Positions 31,615-41,170 of a stretch of 64,000 bases of DNA are shown one piece after another (positions within the stretch are counted from its first letter, which is position 1; the number at the start of each line of letters is the position of its first letter). The translations under genes and the position numbers were made by a program. Below the pieces are notes generated by a model. That model worked only from the letters and a program-made list of their open reading frames with translations. It did no database searches and was not told where the DNA came from. Origin of the DNA: Negativicutes bacterium (GTDB lineage: Bacteria; Bacillota; Negativicutes; UBA1444). The DNA lies in NCBI GenBank assembly GCA_963665275.2, contig CAXXIN010000009.1:64001-128000 (forward strand), written 5' to 3'.

Positions 31615-32766
31615 CTACTGCAAAGTACTGGCTCTTTCCTGCATACTTACAATCCCTGTAATGCGAACACCAAAATTTTCGTCGATAACAACGACCTCAC
31701 CCTTGGCGACAATTTTCCCGTTCACTAGGATATCAACCGGTTCTCCGGCTAATTTATCCAACTCCACCACAGATCCGGGCGCCAATTCAAGAATTTCACG
31801 GATCAGTTTGCGGGTCCTACCGAGTTCCACCGTGACCTGAAGTGGTACATCCATAATCATGCCGATATTGGAGTCTGAGACGTTCAGCATTGTCTGCTTC
31901 AGTGGAGCGAACTGGGCCGGTTGAACCAATACATTCTGCTCGACTGCCATAGAAGGCTGCATCCGCTGCTGTGGTTGTTGCTGTTGCTGTTGCGGGGCTA
32001 CGTAAGGCTGTTGCTGAGGAGGCGGAGCGGCCGCCATGGGTGCTTGTGCCGCCGGACGGGATTGCTGCGGCTTGGGAGATGGCGCTGGTGCTGTTGAATG
32101 TAACAGACCATCAACCATATCTCTTGCAACATTAATCGGCAAAATCAGCATAATTTCGCTATCAATGAGTCCCTCCACCACCATGCGGAAGGCAATTTTT
32201 GCCAAAGCTTCACCATCGTGTACACTGTCTGTTATTTTATCACTTCCTGCCAAATCAATCAACCGGACATTCGGCGGCGCCAAATCGACCCGGCTTTTAA
32301 AAATGCTGGACAGAGACGTTGCGGTTGCGCCCATCATCTGATTCATGGCCTCGGCTACTGCGCTCATATAAAGTTCACTCATGTCTGCGGGTGGGTTCGA
32401 TCCATCGTTTCCCATCATCAGATCGGCAATGATGGCAGCATCAGTTTCTTTGATTGCAAGTAGATTCGTGCCATTGATTCCCTCAGTGAAGCGTACTTCA
32501 ACGATGATGTATGGCATGGGATACTGTTTTCGCATGTCATCCAAAATGCCGATCGATACACGCGGCGTAGTTATTTCAACTCGGCGCGACAACAATACTG
32601 ACATGGTCGTTGCCGCACTCCCCATGGAAATATTTCCGATCTCGCCCAGTGCATCTATTTCGACCTCCGAAAGCAACCCTGCGCTTGCCGTTGCAACGGG
32701 AGCTGCTGAGGTTTCATTACGCAGCAAAGCATCTATTTCTTCCTGCGACAAAAAACTATCACTCAT
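31615..32766 (-). CDS. fliY: Flagellar switch phosphatase FliY
   Basis: LSQEEIDALL, two CheC-like ExxN motifs, Q/P-rich linker, FliN-like C-terminus. Confidence 0.95.
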   Translation of the reverse strand: MSDSFLSQEEIDALLRNETSAAPVATASAGLLSEVEIDALGEIGNISMGSAATTMSVLLSRRVEITTPRVSIGILDDMRKQYPMPYIIVEVRFTEGINGTNLLAIKETDAAIIADLMMGNDGSNPPADMSELYMSAVAEAMNQMMGATATSLSSIFKSRVDLAPPNVRLIDLAGSDKITDSVHDGEALAKIAFRMVVEGLIDSEIMLILPINVARDMVDGLLHSTAPAPSPKPQQSRPAAQAPMAAAPPPQQQPYVAPQQQQQQPQQRMQPSMAVEQNVLVQPAQFAPLKQTMLNVSDSNIGMIMDVPLQVTVELGRTRKLIREILELAPGSVVELDKLAGEPVDILVNGKIVAKGEVVVIDENFGVRITGIVSMQERASTLQ

Positions 32767-33757
32767 GTCCATCCTCCTCTTCGGCTACAACCCGGGTAAT
32801 TTGAACTGCAATCCGATTGTTGGAACTACCAGGCTTACACTTGAATTTTTGATGCTGGCCGATAATTACGGCCAATTCGTCATTAACCCTTGAATCGAGA
32901 CGGACAACATCACCGACTGATAACTCCAGCATCTCTTTCACCGTAACCGTAATATTTCCCAATTCCACAGTCATCGGCACCAACGTACGTTCCAATTTCT
33001 TTTGCAAAAGAGCCGAATTGGTCTGCGATCCAGCTCGAGCGATCGACGAAGCAACCCAGAAGGAAGTGGTCAACTTCGGCATGATCGGTTCCAAAACCAA
33101 ATACGGAATGCAAAGATTGATGAAGCCTTCCGTCTGGGCAATCCTCGTCTGCAAAGTAATAATAACGACCATGTCATTGGGCGGTACAATCTGCGTAAAC
33201 TGAGGATTGCTCTCGATCGCTTCGAGACGAGGTTCCACGTTGACAACCTGACGCCAGGCCTCCTGCAATGATTCCAGCGCCTTATTCACCAGCCGGGAAA
33301 CGATGGAATGCTCAATATCGGTCAGTTCCCTGGATTTGGCCGGAGGAGTGCCCACGCCGCCAAACAAACGATCAATAATCGAAAAGACAATTGAAGGATT
33401 AATTTCCATTAGCGCATTCCCTGAAAGGGGGCGCATTTCAAAAATGCTGATGACACTCGGGTTCGGCATCGAACGAATGAACTCCTCATAGGTCAGTTGG
33501 TCTACCGAAGCTACGCTGACCTGAACCATCGTACGCAAGTGCGCTGACAGATATGTGTTCAAATGTCGGGCAAAATTTTCGTGCAGCATATAGAGAGTCC
33601 GAATCTGGTCTTTCGAGAACTTGTCCGGCCGTTTAAAATCATACAGTTTAATTTTTTTTTGTTTCTGTTCCAGCTTAATATTTTCCGCGGTTACGACACC
33701 TGTCGAGATTGCAGACAAAAGTTCATCAATTTCATTTTGCGATAGTACATCAGCCAT
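32759..33757 (-). CDS. fliM: Flagellar switch protein FliM
   Basis: LSQNEIDELL, YDFKRPDKFSKDQ, IDRLFGG, ESNPQF. Confidence 0.97.
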   Translation of the reverse strand: MADVLSQNEIDELLSAISTGVVTAENIKLEQKQKKIKLYDFKRPDKFSKDQIRTLYMLHENFARHLNTYLSAHLRTMVQVSVASVDQLTYEEFIRSMPNPSVISIFEMRPLSGNALMEINPSIVFSIIDRLFGGVGTPPAKSRELTDIEHSIVSRLVNKALESLQEAWRQVVNVEPRLEAIESNPQFTQIVPPNDMVVIITLQTRIAQTEGFINLCIPYLVLEPIMPKLTTSFWVASSIARAGSQTNSALLQKKLERTLVPMTVELGNITVTVKEMLELSVGDVVRLDSRVNDELAVIIGQHQKFKCKPGSSNNRIAVQITRVVAEEEDGHE

Positions 33758-33804
33758 CTGTCATCACCACCTTGCCGCACGGTCGATTCTGATCAAGCAG
33801 TTTC

Positions 33805-34281
33805 CTACTGCAGCAGTATGTTGGTAATATATACTTCATAAACAGCTTCCCGCCCCAGCACTTTATTGACTTCCTGCTTGATAAGCTCCTTCAGGCGGTC
33901 CTGTTTTTGCGGATCAAATTCATCTACCCGTTGGGATCGCAGCACATGCAATACGGTGTCCTGTATTTTAACTTCTTCGGGCGACATCGTTTTCCCTGCC
34001 GCCGCTTTTTTTTCCGGTTTCAGCTCTAAAATGACCCCAATCTTGAGATAGCGACCGCCTGTTGCGGAACCGACATTAACTATAATACCTTCCTTGGGGT
34101 CTCCCATTTTCACCAGTACGCCCGGCTCACGAGCCGCAGGCGCTTTATTTCCCATGTAGTTTGTCACAACATAAAAAGCCGTGCCGCCAGCCAGCGCCAG
34201 AACCAAAACCAATCCCACCGCGACATATATAAAAATCGGTTTTTTGGCAGGCGCCACTTTTTCTTCTACTTCATCCGGCAT
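33805..34281 (-). CDS. fliL: Flagellar basal body protein FliL
   Basis: N-terminal TM helix, IVN...RYLK, C-terminal VYEVYITNILLQ; precedes fliM. Confidence 0.9.
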   Translation of the reverse strand: MPDEVEEKVAPAKKPIFIYVAVGLVLVLALAGGTAFYVVTNYMGNKAPAAREPGVLVKMGDPKEGIIVNVGSATGGRYLKIGVILELKPEKKAAAGKTMSPEEVKIQDTVLHVLRSQRVDEFDPQKQDRLKELIKQEVNKVLGREAVYEVYITNILLQ

Positions 34282-34314
34282 GATACATCCCTCCCTGGCT
34301 TCTCACTAATGAGC

Positions 34315-34512
34315 CTATCGCCCAAAGCGATGTAGCTCGCGCCGGTATTCGATAACTAAGCGAATGATATCATCCATGCTCTCTTCCACCAGCACTTTAT
34401 TCCCGTTCACAAGAGTAATGACAGTATCAGGCGTTTCTTCGACTGTTTCAATCAATTCGGAGTTCAGCACGAACTCATGGTCCTTGGTCTTGAAGCGAGT
34501 CAATTTAATCAT
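34315..34512 (-). CDS. flbD: Flagellar protein FlbD (SwrD family)
   Basis: MIKLTR....EFVLNSELIETVEETPDTVITL.NG. Confidence 0.92.
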   Translation of the reverse strand: MIKLTRFKTKDHEFVLNSELIETVEETPDTVITLVNGNKVLVEESMDDIIRLVIEYRRELHRFGR

Positions 34513-34537
34513 CGCATATCTCCCCTTCTGAATAAAT

Positions 34538-34572
34538 GCCCCTCCGGAGAAGTCATCCCGCCCCGGAGAGGC
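34538..34572 (-). terminator. Stem-loop after flgE (weak terminator or mRNA stabiliser)
   Basis: GCCTCTCCGG-N15-CCGGAGGGGC followed by ATTTATT. Confidence 0.55.
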
Positions 34573-34585
34573 GCGATATCACTGT

Positions 34586-36211
34586 CTAACGTTTCAGATT
34601 GACCAGTTCCTCGAGCATGGTATCGGAGGTGGTAATGATTTTCGAGTTAGCCTGAAAACCACGTTGCGTAATAATCATTTTACTAAATTGATCGGCCAAG
34701 TCAATGTTGGACATTTCCAACGACCCGGGTGTGAGCGTTCCGCGACCGCCAGTTCCGCTGGTACCGACAGCCGGGTTACCGGAGTTGTTGGACGAAGCAA
34801 ACAGCGTGTCACCAATGCGTGATAGTCCGCCCGGGTTGTTGAACGTTGCCAGAGCAACCTGGCCGAGATTTTGAGTGCGTCCGTTGCTGAATTTGCCAAC
34901 CAGAATGCCGCTGGTATCGATGGTTGTGGAGTCCAGACTGCCGGAAGCATATCCGTTCTGAGTCGTAGCCTGAACAGTAGACGATCCACCGTACTGGGTC
35001 AGCGCACTGACATTAAGGGCGATACTGGAAAGTGCCGCTCCGGGAGCCGTGAATGTAACTGGATTAACTGTTGTTGAATAAGTAGGTGCCGGAGTAGGGT
35101 TAGCAGTCGCATTAAAAGAAGATACCGCCGGAGCCGTTACAGCTGCGGGATTAGTAAAAGAAACTGTTGCTTTCGACGCTCCAGATCCAATGTCAAAATT
35201 TTGCGGCAAAGCTGCCGCAGAAAAAGTATAAGTGGCACCCGTCCAGTTGACTTTCCCGGAAAACAAGGTTGAATCGCTGGACTCTCCAGCTTCAGATACT
35301 TTATAATCCCAGTTATCTGTGCTCGTCTGCGTAAAAGTCATCTGCATTACATGAGGATTGTTTTTTGCATCAAATGCAGTGTAATACTGGGTTCTAACCG
35401 ATCCGCTCGCATTATCCAATTGCAAGTTTGGAATCGTTATTGCCGTCGTAGTTGATGCATTCACCGATGACACGGTCGGGTTCTTCCCTGTAGTATCGAA
35501 AACTATTTGTGTCATTGTGCTTCCGCCAAGCGCGAGGCTGCTATCTGCCAAACTCGCCTTGGCGATCCAGGTATTGTTGCCAACTTTCGTAAATGTCTGT
35601 CCAAGATCCTGCGGGTTTCCCAGAGAATCATATACCGTCAACGACGAAACCGCGCTAGCTCCGGGCAGTGCATCGCCGGAAAGGTTGTTGGCGAACTTCA
35701 GTTCAGTTGACGCTAGTGCCGGCATCATCGTCCCTTTGGGTACTTGAATCGAGGTTACTGCGCCTGTCGTATTAATAGCCCCGTTAGCGTCCGCCTGCCA
35801 CCCCATCACTTTCATGCCAGTTCCTGGCACGAGGTAGTTGCCGGCACTATCGAAGTCAAAATTACCGGCGCGGCTATAATATTGGTTCGCGCCGTCAGAG
35901 AGAATGAAAAAACCATCATTCTGAATCGCCAGATCAGTTTGCTTGCCGGTCGATTGATAACTGCCATTGGTAAAGTTCGTGGATATCGCTGCCAGTCCCA
36001 TGCCAAGTCCTACTTGGATCGGATTGGTCCCGCCGCGGTTCCCGGATGCAGCAGCAGCGCCCTGCAGCGTCTGACTGATGACATCGGAAAAAGTGGCGGA
36101 TGACCCTTTGTAACCAACGGTGTTGACGTTGGAAATATTTGCCCCTATCACGTCCATGGAAGTCTGGTGGTTACGCAGACCTGCCACGCCCGAGAATAAT
36201 GAACGCATCAT
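34586..36211 (-). CDS. flgE: Flagellar hook protein FlgE
   Basis: MMRSLFSGVAGL..HQT.MDVIGANISNVNT.GYK; LEMSNIDLADQFSKMIITQRGFQANSK. Confidence 0.95.
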   Translation of the reverse strand: MMRSLFSGVAGLRNHQTSMDVIGANISNVNTVGYKGSSATFSDVISQTLQGAAAASGNRGGTNPIQVGLGMGLAAISTNFTNGSYQSTGKQTDLAIQNDGFFILSDGANQYYSRAGNFDFDSAGNYLVPGTGMKVMGWQADANGAINTTGAVTSIQVPKGTMMPALASTELKFANNLSGDALPGASAVSSLTVYDSLGNPQDLGQTFTKVGNNTWIAKASLADSSLALGGSTMTQIVFDTTGKNPTVSSVNASTTTAITIPNLQLDNASGSVRTQYYTAFDAKNNPHVMQMTFTQTSTDNWDYKVSEAGESSDSTLFSGKVNWTGATYTFSAAALPQNFDIGSGASKATVSFTNPAAVTAPAVSSFNATANPTPAPTYSTTVNPVTFTAPGAALSSIALNVSALTQYGGSSTVQATTQNGYASGSLDSTTIDTSGILVGKFSNGRTQNLGQVALATFNNPGGLSRIGDTLFASSNNSGNPAVGTSGTGGRGTLTPGSLEMSNIDLADQFSKMIITQRGFQANSKIITTSDTMLEELVNLKR

Positions 36212-36261
36212 AATAAATTGACCTCCCTAATATTTTCGATATCCCTGAAGATTGCGTCGTG

Positions 36262-36312
36262 CGGCTGCTTCAATCCTTCGGCAGCCGGGGACTCCCCCGA
36301 GAGGTCCAGTCC
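36262..36312 (-). ncRNA. Candidate cis-regulatory two-hairpin RNA in the flgE leader
   Basis: GGACU-GGA-CCUC-UCG-GGGG-AGUCC, then CGGCUGC-CGAAGGAUUGAA-GCAGCCG; no U-tract; ~40 nt upstream of the flgE RBS. Confidence 0.6.
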
Positions 36313-36704
36313 TATACGATCACGGCGCTGTCAATGTTAGTAAAAACATTATCTTTGATACTGGCTCCATCCATCGCAGTGATCACAGTTCGATTGGTCA
36401 CACTTACAACTAACGCCAAATCCTTGTCCATCAGAATCAGAGATTCCCGCGCGCCCTTTTGCGCCGCCTTGTCCACTGCGTTATTCAGTTGGCTTATCTG
36501 CGTCGGCGTCAGGTTGATGTTACGGGTCTGGAGCCGTTGTGTAGCATGCTGGGAAAACTTCACTCCGCTGATGGCCTGGTTAAGTACCTGTTCGAATCCG
36601 CCGCCCGTGGTTTGCGTTCCTACTGAACGAGTTTTATTGACTGTTGTCGACGTTTGTATCGGTTGGATCGGTTGATTTGCTAGATAAAATCTACTGTCAG
36701 CCAT
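36312..36704 (-). CDS. Flagellar operon protein (TIGR02530-like)
   Basis: KFSQHATQRLQTRNI, KGARESL, NRTVITAMD, NVFTNIDSAVI; located between flgD and flgE. Confidence 0.9.
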   Translation of the reverse strand: MADSRFYLANQPIQPIQTSTTVNKTRSVGTQTTGGGFEQVLNQAISGVKFSQHATQRLQTRNINLTPTQISQLNNAVDKAAQKGARESLILMDKDLALVVSVTNRTVITAMDGASIKDNVFTNIDSAVIV

Positions 36705-36724
36705 ATTCTATCGCCTCCGTGGAC

Positions 36725-37135
36725 TTAGGTTGCACTAGTCGTAGAGGGTTCAGCGACAGAAGTGATTTTGGTCAGGACCAAGGACTGATCCCCGACAATG
36801 ATCTTGGGTTCGCTATTTACCATGCGCACTGATTTGACGATACCCGTCTGCTCCACACCCTGTTCGTTGTCCCAGGTCACTTGTTTGCCAATATAGGCGG
36901 TAGCCTGTGTCATCTGGATGGACGTATTCATGTTTTTCATCTGTTCCAGACTGGTAAACTGGGCCATTTGTGAGATGAATTCTTTGTCATCCATCGGATT
37001 CATAGGATCCTGGGATTGCAGCTGTGTAACCAGCAGTTTCAGAAAATCATCTTTTCCCAGCACCGAATTGCTGTTGGTGGAAGTTGTCGACGTGGTGGTC
37101 GTTCCTGTCGTTCCTGTTATGGGTGAAACACTCAT
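36725..37135 (-). CDS. flgD: Flagellar hook cap FlgD
   Basis: LGKDDFLKLLVTQLQSQDPMNPMD..FISQMAQFTSLEQM. Confidence 0.96.
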   Translation of the reverse strand: MSVSPITGTTGTTTTSTTSTNSNSVLGKDDFLKLLVTQLQSQDPMNPMDDKEFISQMAQFTSLEQMKNMNTSIQMTQATAYIGKQVTWDNEQGVEQTGIVKSVRMVNSEPKIIVGDQSLVLTKITSVAEPSTTSAT

Positions 37136-37155
37136 GATCGCACCTCCTTTTTCCT

Positions 37156-38667
37156 TTAAATTCTGTAATCAACCGCTGCTGCAGTCATCACTTGCAGTCG
37201 GCCGGTATTCGTAAATCCTGTAGAGTCCTCGTACATATCACGTTGTGTGCGGTGAGAAAACTGACGCAGTTGCTGCTCCTGAGCCTGAGACTGCTGTTGT
37301 TGCTGTTGATTAGCCAGGAAGTCCTTCATCCCGCCAAAAACGCCGTCGGAATCGAATTTCCATCCCTGCTGGGACATTTCCTGACGTAACTGAGGCAGCG
37401 AACTTTCCAAAATTGCCCGAACTTCGGAACTGGCAGCATGGAAAGCGGCAGTCACTTTGTCTCCGTCAACATTGATCTTGACGGTTACTTCTCCTAGATG
37501 CTCAGGTTTCAGCGTAATGATCACCTGTGAGCTTTTCAGACGATCAGCGGATGTCGACATGCCATCCAGGACCTGACGCGTTACTTCATGAAGTTCCTGG
37601 CGAAGGGGTTGGGCCAAGGAGGCCGGATTTTGAACCTGATCAACGGACTTGAGAAGATTGTCAAAGGTCAATGGAGCCATTCCAGTGGAATCGGCCTTGT
37701 TGACAGTGGGCATAAACGGATCGGTTTCTGTTTCACCCAGCGCCTTTTTCGGCAATTGTCCTTCAGCGGTCGGGGCTGCAATTTTTTCCTCTGCCTTAGC
37801 CCCCAATCCGAAAACGGGCTCTGGCTCAATCTCCGATGGTACAGCTTCGGCTTCAGGATCTGCTGCCGATATTTCCGGAGTTTTCGTGGTCGGTCCAGTA
37901 AGCACTGACTGTATCGATAAAACAGACTGTTGAAGTTTGGGATCGAGAGTATTTGGCTCCGAGTTCACCGACGTTGGTAAAACGTCTTGAACAGGAACAT
38001 CTGGAAGAGTACTAACCACCGATTGCTCTGTTTTCATGGTCGGTTCTGACATAACCTGTGCCGCTTGGTCTGTGGGCGCAGGCTCAGGTAGCGACGTATC
38101 TGTGATTGCGTCCGTAACCAACGGTTTGGTGGACGCTTCAACCGTTGCCGTTACAGGAGTCGCCTTTGCAACTTCTACCGATGCAGAAAAACCGATAGGC
38201 ATTGTTGGTGTTTGCAGTGAAGGTTTCGCGACTTGTCCCTGCATTACGGACAGTGGAAGAATTTGTTGCCCATTGGTTTCCAGCATTTCTGTCACTTCCG
38301 ATGGGACCGAACCCTGGGCGACAATTCCGGTAACAGCGCCCTGCACAGCAGCGTTGTCTGGTGGAACAGGAATCATATTATTACTATTGAGATTCCAAAC
38401 CAAGCCCACTGGTAATCCCGTAGCAGTTGGTTCGTCTTTCTCGTCCGATTTTTCTGCTGCTTTTGTTTTCGCAGCTGATTTTGACTCATTGGCTTCAGTT
38501 GAGGCCGTCTTGTCCAAGGCCGACGAAAGCTTTTTCGAAAAGCTATCGGAGCGTTGTTCGGATTTTTTGGCTGTAGTTCCAGATATTCCGGAATTCGCGG
38601 CATTCTGAGTCATTACAGTGCCAATCGGCAAACTGGCTGGTAATTCTTTGGTCATGATCATTTCCAT
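37156..38667 (-). CDS. fliK: Flagellar hook-length control protein FliK
   Basis: Long P/T/S-rich low-complexity region plus T3S4 domain (ITLKPEHLGEV...LESSLPQLR). Confidence 0.9.
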   Translation of the reverse strand: MEMIMTKELPASLPIGTVMTQNAANSGISGTTAKKSEQRSDSFSKKLSSALDKTASTEANESKSAAKTKAAEKSDEKDEPTATGLPVGLVWNLNSNNMIPVPPDNAAVQGAVTGIVAQGSVPSEVTEMLETNGQQILPLSVMQGQVAKPSLQTPTMPIGFSASVEVAKATPVTATVEASTKPLVTDAITDTSLPEPAPTDQAAQVMSEPTMKTEQSVVSTLPDVPVQDVLPTSVNSEPNTLDPKLQQSVLSIQSVLTGPTTKTPEISAADPEAEAVPSEIEPEPVFGLGAKAEEKIAAPTAEGQLPKKALGETETDPFMPTVNKADSTGMAPLTFDNLLKSVDQVQNPASLAQPLRQELHEVTRQVLDGMSTSADRLKSSQVIITLKPEHLGEVTVKINVDGDKVTAAFHAASSEVRAILESSLPQLRQEMSQQGWKFDSDGVFGGMKDFLANQQQQQQSQAQEQQLRQFSHRTQRDMYEDSTGFTNTGRLQVMTAAAVDYRI

Positions 38668-38699
38668 TCATTCACCTCCCTTCAGTGCGGTCCATTGCG

Positions 38700-39347
38700 T
38701 CATTTACGCTTTATCATAGCCTGTGTCAGGCGTGCCGCCTTTCTTGCTTCGATGACAGCAAGGATTTTGCCTGCTGCTTCATCATCCATACGTGCCAGAA
38801 TCGATATGACCTGTTCATCTTCCAGATTATTAAACACAGCGACGGCTTCTTCCGGTTTCATTGCACTGTACAATTTGGCGAGTTTCCCGTAGACCTTTAC
38901 CGTATCGGCGCTCTCTTTGATTGCAACGGCTGGTTTGGGCGCTCCTCCGGCAGCCGCTTGCGCGGGAGAAGCAGAGGCGATAGCGGGAGCTCCCAGTAAT
39001 CCGGCAGGAGCGGCTGCTGCCTGAGGCGCAGCAGCTTTTTTGTTTTCCTCCAGTTCAACCAACGGAAAGTTTGTTTGGGGGTTCTTACCGGCGACCTCTT
39101 CGGCAACTTTGTTATCGCCATGAATTTTATCGACATACGATTCCATTTTCACGATATAAGGTTCTATCTTATCCGCCATTTCCGGTTCTAACGGAATCAA
39201 CCGAAAATAAAAACTGGCAAGAGTAGCCGCCCCTACTAAAAATACCGTTAAAAAAAGCCAAAGAAGAATCCGGCGCTTTTTTTTCGCTGGTTTCGATGGC
39301 CTACCTTGCACAGCCGCTTGGCCGGTTTTCGGATTTTTCTTTTCCAT
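38700..39347 (-). CDS. MotE/YlxF-like flagellar protein (MgtE N-terminal-like)
   Basis: TM helix plus KLAKLYSAMKPEEAVAVF...ILARMD...GKIL; between fliJ and fliK. Confidence 0.82.
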   Translation of the reverse strand: MEKKNPKTGQAAVQGRPSKPAKKKRRILLWLFLTVFLVGAATLASFYFRLIPLEPEMADKIEPYIVKMESYVDKIHGDNKVAEEVAGKNPQTNFPLVELEENKKAAAPQAAAAPAGLLGAPAIASASPAQAAAGGAPKPAVAIKESADTVKVYGKLAKLYSAMKPEEAVAVFNNLEDEQVISILARMDDEAAGKILAVIEARKAARLTQAMIKRK

Positions 39348-39391
39348 TTTATGAAAACTGCCTTTCTATCAATAGGATGTGGATATCTGCT

Positions 39392-39835
39392 TTAGGAATC
39401 CCTAATATAACGCTGCCCGGACAACTCATCCAAAAATGCCTGTTCTTCATGCAACACTTCGTCCTGGAATTGCTGCAGTTTCTTTTCACGCAGATTATCT
39501 ACTGCTTTTCGTCGTCGGGAGGCTTCTTCAAAAATGCGGAGGCATCTTTGACGCCGTTCAGCCGCTGCGGCAACTTGGGCCGCCTGAAGCTTTATTCCTT
39601 CTCTAGTTCTATCGATATAATCCTGAAACATCTTAAGCATCAAGAGTGAATTGGGCTTAGCCTGTTCATCCTTCATTCCGTCTAGCGTTTGCGTCAGCGT
39701 AGACTCTAGTTGCCGGAGCAAAGCCTTTTCATGCAAAAAAGCGCGAGCGGCTTTGGCAAATTCTGCTTGCGCCTGTTCCTCGCGTATCTTTCGAAAATCC
39801 AATAAACGTTGCAGTTTGAACTGGAATTTTTGCAT
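39392..39835 (-). CDS. fliJ: Flagellar export chaperone FliJ
   Basis: FQFKLQRLLDFRKIREE...EEQAFLDE coiled coil after fliI. Confidence 0.93.
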   Translation of the reverse strand: MQKFQFKLQRLLDFRKIREEQAQAEFAKAARAFLHEKALLRQLESTLTQTLDGMKDEQAKPNSLLMLKMFQDYIDRTREGIKLQAAQVAAAAERRQRCLRIFEEASRRRKAVDNLREKKLQQFQDEVLHEEQAFLDELSGQRYIRDS

Positions 39836-39856
39836 TGGATGTTATCCTTTGTGGAT

Positions 39857-41170
39857 TTATCCCACGATATTTTTCATTTGGGCTATGGTATCCGCGAAAC
39901 TGACTTTTTCCATGACGCCTTGCCGCAAAAAATTACGGATTGACGGGTTCCGTTCGATTGCACGATCGATCTCTGGATTACTACCGCTCGCATAAGCACC
40001 AATATTGATCAAGTCCTCTGACTCCTGATAAGTTGCCTGCAGACTTCTGATCTGTTGGGCCGCTTTTAAATGGTCTGGATCGACCACTTCATTCATCACC
40101 CGACTCAGACTTGCCAAAATATCAATCGGAGGATAATGGTTCTGAGTTGCCAACCGCCGAGACAAGACCACATGTCCGTCTACGATGCTGCGGACATTGT
40201 CTGCAATGGGTTCGTTCATATCATCACCATCAACAAGAACTGCGTATAAGCCGGTTATTGATCCCTTTTCGCCGGTGCCGGAACGTTCCAAAAGTTTGGG
40301 CATCATGGCAAATACAGACGGAGGATACCCTCGAGTGGCCGGAGGTTCACCAATTGTCAGGCCGACTTCCCGTTGAGCCATGGCAACCCGCGTCAGAGAA
40401 TCCATCATTAACATTACATCAAGCCCTAGATCCCGGAAATATTCCGCCACAGCAGTCGCCGTATTCGCGCCCTTGATCCGTAGCAAAGCAGGTTGATCCG
40501 AGGTTGAAACAACAACCACCGATTTGGCCAGTCCTTCCGTACCCAGATCGCGCTCGATGAAATCCAGCACTTCACGGCCGCGTTCGCCAATGAGTGCTAT
40601 AACGTTAATATCGGCGCTGGTGTTTCGGGCAATCATCCCCATCATCGTACTCTTGCCAACTCCACTGCCAGCCAGAATGGCCATGCGTTGCCCTTTTCCC
40701 AGAGTCATCAACCCATCGACCGCACGAATACCGACCGAAACCGGATCACAGATCCTACGCCGGGAAAGCGCTGCCGGAGGAGCATTCTGGATGGGATATT
40801 CGCTGTCGCAAATTAGGGGTCCTTTCCCATCGATCGGATGTCCCAGTCCATCGAGTACCCTTCCCAGCAATGCTTCCCCAACTTTAACCCGCAACAGGTT
40901 CCGCGAGGAAACCACTTCACTGCCAGGACCGATACCCTGCATTTCACCGAGTGGCATGAGCAAGACCCGATTTTCACGGAATCCCACGACTTCTGCCGGC
41001 AACGGCGGTGCATCGGTACGCGGATAGATATAACAAAGCTCACCCAGATTGATACTCGGTCCATCTGACTCAATCACCAGGCCGATAATCTTGGTTATTT
41101 TCCCCTTCATGAGGACTGCTTCAGTCGAATTCACCGCATTAAGATATTGCGTGGCATTAAATGACCTCAT
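39857..41170 (-). CDS. fliI: Flagellar export ATPase FliI
   Basis: AGSGVGKS, LIGERGREV, MDSLTR.AMAQREV, GEPP..RGYPPS. Confidence 0.97.
   Translation of the reverse strand: MRSFNATQYLNAVNSTEAVLMKGKITKIIGLVIESDGPSINLGELCYIYPRTDAPPLPAEVVGFRENRVLLMPLGEMQGIGPGSEVVSSRNLLRVKVGEALLGRVLDGLGHPIDGKGPLICDSEYPIQNAPPAALSRRRICDPVSVGIRAVDGLMTLGKGQRMAILAGSGVGKSTMMGMIARNTSADINVIALIGERGREVLDFIERDLGTEGLAKSVVVVSTSDQPALLRIKGANTATAVAEYFRDLGLDVMLMMDSLTRVAMAQREVGLTIGEPPATRGYPPSVFAMMPKLLERSGTGEKGSITGLYAVLVDGDDMNEPIADNVRSIVDGHVVLSRRLATQNHYPPIDILASLSRVMNEVVDPDHLKAAQQIRSLQATYQESEDLINIGAYASGSNPEIDRAIERNPSIRNFLRQGVMEKVSFADTIAQMKNIVG

Noticed and set aside
31960-32050. CAG/CAA trinucleotide runs in fliY (also near 15630 and 37290)
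   Set aside because: Short imperfect poly-Gln linkers within proteins; not a CRISPR array or contingency repeat.
33805-34512. Absence of motA/motB and of P/L-ring genes from the flagellar cluster
   Set aside because: These are often encoded elsewhere; absence from this window says nothing about the genome.
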